The notes beneath the pieces were generated by a model. It was given only the letters and a program-made list of their open reading frames with translations, ran no database searches and had not been told where the DNA came from. The position numbers and the translations under genes were made by a program. 19,674 bases of DNA from a bacterium (lineage in GTDB: Bacteria > Hydrothermota > 32-111): assembly GCA_050239825.1 (NCBI GenBank), contig JBFXGO010000040.1:1-19674 (forward strand), written 5' to 3'. Within the stretch, counting starts at the first letter, position 1, and the number at the start of each line of letters is the position of its first letter. Shown piece by piece: positions 17,042 to 19,674 of this stretch.

Positions 17042-17819
17042 TTACAGATTCATTCAACTCTCATTCATGGCATCCCTGCTTGTAAGCATAATAAGCTCGA
17101 TAATCGGAACTTTCATTGTATTGAGGAAAATGACTTCTGTCACAGGCTCCATTTCACATTCGGCTTTTGGAGGATTAGGAATAGGCCTTCTGCTGGGAAT
17201 AAATCCACTGTATGCGGCGATTCCCTTCACGATTGCGGTAGCCGGCATCTTTGCATGGTTTAAAAAATCTCTGAAGATAGGCGAAGAATCATTGCTGTCT
17301 ATAATCTGGGCATTTGGAATGTCTCTCGGCATAATTTTGATGAATTTCAAAAAAGGATATACAGGGGAAGTTCTCGGTTATCTATTCGGCTCAATCCTTG
17401 CAGTAACCCTATCAGATATTTTTCTTATGGCTTCGATAGCCCTATTGACTGCAATTCTCTTCTTTATTTTTTTCAGAGAGTTCGTTCTTCTCTCCTTTGA
17501 TGAGGAGTTTGCCCTCCTAAAGGGTATAAATACAAAGCTTCTTGACCTTCTCTTCTATTCTCTCACCGCCCTTGCGGTGGTCTCTTTGATAAAAGCCGCA
17601 GGCGTCCTCGTAGTGATAGCATTTATATCAGTTCCGCCTCTAATAGCGCGCAGATTTACCGATAATATAAAACTCATCATTCTTATATCATTTATTTTGA
17701 ATATATTGTTTTCAACTGCAGGAATCATTCTTTCATTTTATCTGGATTTTCCGACAGGACCATCGATGGTGATGACATCCCTTATAATCTTTTTTGCCGT
17801 CTCGCTTATCAAAAGATAA
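17034..17819 (+). CDS. znuB: Metal ABC transporter permease
   Basis: IGTFIVLRKM...SISHSAFGG, YLFGSIL, SFDEEFA, DFPTGPS; multiple transmembrane segments. Confidence 0.92.
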   Translation: MFDYRFIQLSFMASLLVSIISSIIGTFIVLRKMTSVTGSISHSAFGGLGIGLLLGINPLYAAIPFTIAVAGIFAWFKKSLKIGEESLLSIIWAFGMSLGIILMNFKKGYTGEVLGYLFGSILAVTLSDIFLMASIALLTAILFFIFFREFVLLSFDEEFALLKGINTKLLDLLFYSLTALAVVSLIKAAGVLVVIAFISVPPLIARRFTDNIKLIILISFILNILFSTAGIILSFYLDFPTGPSMVMTSLIIFFAVSLIKR

Positions 17820-17825
17820 TTTGAT

Positions 17826-18187
17826 TCACTGCTTTACCAGATAATCAATCGCCTCTTCATAGGTTTCAAAAAGCGCAATGTGTCTTCCTGACATACGCAG
17901 AATGTTGTTGAAGAGAATTCTCTTTATACCGGTGACACCCAAAACAGCGCTTGCTTTTACATTGGGTGTTATGTCCTTGGAAAATCTTTTCACTGCATCA
18001 GCCGCCTTTATGTCATAGTGGGTATTCGTGAAGTCAGAGAGAAGAAGCATGCTCTTTTCCGGCATCTTCATTATTCTCTCTCTCGATTCATTCACAACAG
18101 AGATATTAAACTCGCTGTCTCTTGAGTCTTTGAGGTCCTGAAAGAATATCTTTTTGCCTTTGTGTTCAATAATTTTGTGTTATCCAT
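17826..18187 (-). pseudogene. STAS/SEC14 (SpoIIAA-like) small protein with an apparent 1-nt frameshift at codon 3
   Basis: GGAGGT RBS, then ATG (18187) GAT AA|CAC AAA ATT. The ATG frame stops after 31 codons. The -1 frame reads HKIIEHKGKKIFFQDL...KASAVLGVTGIKRILFN...FETYEEAIDYLVKQ. Adding one base gives an intact 120-aa ORF. Confidence 0.7.
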
Positions 18188-18217
18188 TATTACCTCCGTT
18201 TATAGACTTGATTGGTA

Positions 18218-18246
18218 AGTTTTACTTTTAATATGTGAATTGTCAA
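18218..18246 (-). promoter_or_regulatory. Candidate promoter for the STAS/SEC14-like gene
   Basis: Perfect TTGACA on the minus strand (18246-18241) with a weak -10 (TAAAACT) 16-17 bp downstream. Confidence 0.4.
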
Positions 18247-18272
18247 TAGATATTTCCCTGCTTTTAAGTCGG

Positions 18273-18330
18273 AAAAATAAAAAAACAATACTGAGAGGTT
18301 TGAGAAAAAGCGTGAAACCCCGTCGTCAGT
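18273..18330 (-). terminator. Possible terminator after the minus-strand methyltransferase
   Basis: Minus-strand interrupted stem ACTGA-cgac-GGGGTTT/AAACCTC-TCAGT with a 13-nt loop, followed by ATTGTTTTTTTATTTTT. The loop and bulge are atypical. Confidence 0.35.
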
Positions 18331-18335
18331 TGAAG

Positions 18336-19082
18336 CTATATCTTCTTAAATACAAGAGAGAGGTAAGACTTTTTATTTTCGCTCTTTTCAAGAGCAAATC
18401 CGCTTATTTTAGCAATTTTTACGAAATGCGCGATTGTTTGTCCGCCCTTTGCAAGTATTGACCCATAGCCGGTTGATACCACATCCGAATTTACCTTTAT
18501 TTTCAGATTCACTGTCAAAAGAGTTATAGGTTTGTAATTTCCGCATATTATCCTCGGTTCGAAAATATAAAGTCTTCCCTTATTTCTCAAAACTCTGTAA
18601 AGTTCTTTCATCACTTCAATTCTTGTTTTTACAGGCATATACATAAATGCGAAGAAAGCAGTGCCATTATCAAATGATTCATTTCTGAAGGGCAGAAATC
18701 TTCCGTCTGAAACTGTCTTCAATGATATGTTCTTCGTCTCTTCAAGCTCTCTTAACGATTTATCCACCGCAATTACATTTTTACCGAACTTTTTTTCTAT
18801 AACCCCAGCGCCGCCGCCGCCAATGTCTATGATGCTTCCTTTAATTTTCGTTTTATTCAAATCAAGATAATCAATTCTCATCTCGATTTTGCTTGCATAT
18901 GAAAAATCTCTGACGAAAAGCATCCTTCTCAATGACTCAAAATCAGATTCTGCCAAATAGAATTTTCCTTTTGATTCTTTTCCGTTAATGTCCCCTCCGA
19001 TTATTCTGTGAGTCAGGTAATCCTTACTCACGATATTATTCAGAAGCACTGACGCATCAGCCACATGAACAAAATATTTCAT
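18336..19082 (-). CDS. Class I SAM-dependent methyltransferase with a ~67-aa N-terminal extension
   Basis: IIDIGGGGAGVI motif I, IAVD, SDGRFLPFRNESFD, FFAFMYM, ELYRVLRNKGRLYIFE. Alternative start is ATG 18881. Confidence 0.85.
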   Translation of the reverse strand: MKYFVHVADASVLLNNIVSKDYLTHRIIGGDINGKESKGKFYLAESDFESLRRMLFVRDFSYASKIEMRIDYLDLNKTKIKGSIIDIGGGGAGVIEKKFGKNVIAVDKSLRELEETKNISLKTVSDGRFLPFRNESFDNGTAFFAFMYMPVKTRIEVMKELYRVLRNKGRLYIFEPRIICGNYKPITLLTVNLKIKVNSDVVSTGYGSILAKGGQTIAHFVKIAKISGFALEKSENKKSYLSLVFKKI

Positions 19083-19088
19083 AATCTC

Positions 19089-19117
19089 ATTTTACACCAA
19101 ATCGTTGCTTTTCTCAA
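19089..19117 (-). promoter_or_regulatory. Sigma70 promoter positioned for leaderless transcription of the methyltransferase
   Basis: TTGAGA (19117-19112), 17 bp, TAAAAT (19094-19089), 6 nt, then ATG at 19082; no SD. Confidence 0.55.
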
Positions 19118-19131
19118 TGAATTTCTCTCTA

Positions 19132-19180
19132 TTGACTTTAATTTTGTAAAGATATAATATAAAAGGTGGTAAAAAAGGAG
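19132..19180 (+). promoter_or_regulatory. Sigma70 promoter and RBS of the 19185 gene
   Basis: TTGACT (19132-19137) with TATAAT at 19153-19158 (15-bp spacer) or TAATAT at 19155-19160 (17-bp spacer); AAGGAG before ATG 19185. Confidence 0.6.
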
Positions 19181-19184
19181 TAGT

Positions 19185-19568
19185 ATGAAAAAAGTTGCAT
19201 TTTTCGTGGCAGTTTTACTGCTGGTCATTTTAGGAATTTATGCAGATTCTCCTCTTGGGGGAGGAATAAACAAAAATCCGTTGAATTCTATAAATCTTTT
19301 CAAGCCTGATTCACAATCCTATTCTTTTTCGACTGGTTTTCTTTCAACCGGAAAGGCGTATCAGTCCTACTCACTTTTCAACGCCGCTTATACAACAAGT
19401 ATAAGCAGAAATCTCACACTTTACTATGATCTATCCTACCTTAATTCGAATCTCAAACAGAACTACATCAGGGGCGGACTTGGATTATCCTACGGAAAGG
19501 ATAATTTCAGATTTTCTCTTTATATGAACAGAGTCTTTGATAAGGACGATTATGACATACTTCACTGA
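19185..19568 (+). CDS. Hypothetical exported protein (127 aa, beta-strand rich)
   Basis: AAGGAG RBS; signal peptide MKKVAFFVAVLLLVILGIYA; alternating aromatic/polar strands. Confidence 0.8.
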   Translation: MKKVAFFVAVLLLVILGIYADSPLGGGINKNPLNSINLFKPDSQSYSFSTGFLSTGKAYQSYSLFNAAYTTSISRNLTLYYDLSYLNSNLKQNYIRGGLGLSYGKDNFRFSLYMNRVFDKDDYDILH

Positions 19569-19638
19569 ATTGACTCTCTTTTACAACGGTTTTTTAACAA
19601 TTGATGTGTAAAATGAATGAAAATAATCAGGAGGATAT

Positions 19639-19674
19639 ATGAAAAAGTTTCTTCTCTTGATGCTGATAATTGCA
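19639..19674 (+). CDS. 5' end of an exported protein (runs off the window)
   Basis: AGGAGG RBS, then ATG 19639: MKKFLLLMLIIA..., the start of a signal peptide. Confidence 0.7.
   Translation, partial: MKKFLLLMLIIA

Noticed and set aside
18291..18324. Hammerhead-ribozyme-like words (CTGA...GAAA...GTC)
   Set aside because: The core reads CTGAGAG rather than CUGANGA, and the three required stems cannot be formed.
18808..18821. GCC triplet repeat
   Set aside because: It encodes the Gly-rich SAM-binding motif (DIGGGGAG) on the minus strand.
781..18870. Numerous 60-200-aa alternative-frame and antisense ORFs in the track (e.g. 4231-4770, 6236-6832, 9370-9954, 13893-14342, 18240-18461)
   Set aside because: They overlap well-supported genes, lack RBSs and show no recognisable motifs; treated as shadow ORFs.

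Overview
Gene-dense, AT-rich bacterial chromosomal window from a diderm, probably anaerobic organism. The taxonomy is only inferred from a PorV/FadL-like barrel, butyrate kinase and citrate-lyase genes. From left to right: a possible 30-aa Cys-rich mini-ORF (minus strand); a monocistronic acidic lipoprotein with its own promoter and terminator; a large soluble-adenylyl-cyclase (ADCY10)-like protein (tandem cyclase, STAND ATPase, TPR); and a SAM methyltransferase whose reading frame ends inside a tRNA-Ala(CGC). A tightly packed plus-strand run of about 12 kb follows: pfkA, GT4 glycosyltransferase, CitD-CitE fusion, citF, butyrate kinase, outer-membrane barrel, PTS IIA, mini C4 zinc-ribbon protein, LUD-domain protein, rarA and znuACB-like ABC transporter. 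After it come a frameshifted STAS/SEC14-like gene and an apparently leaderless methyltransferase on the minus strand, then two exported proteins. No CRISPR array, rRNA or mobile element was seen. The most interesting signal is a citrate-lyase-like module whose fused ACP domain has Lys at the prosthetic-group Ser14 position, with no citC/citG/citX nearby and a butyrate kinase directly downstream. This suggests a free-CoA, ACP-independent variant. All family calls rest on motif recognition from memory; no database searches were run.
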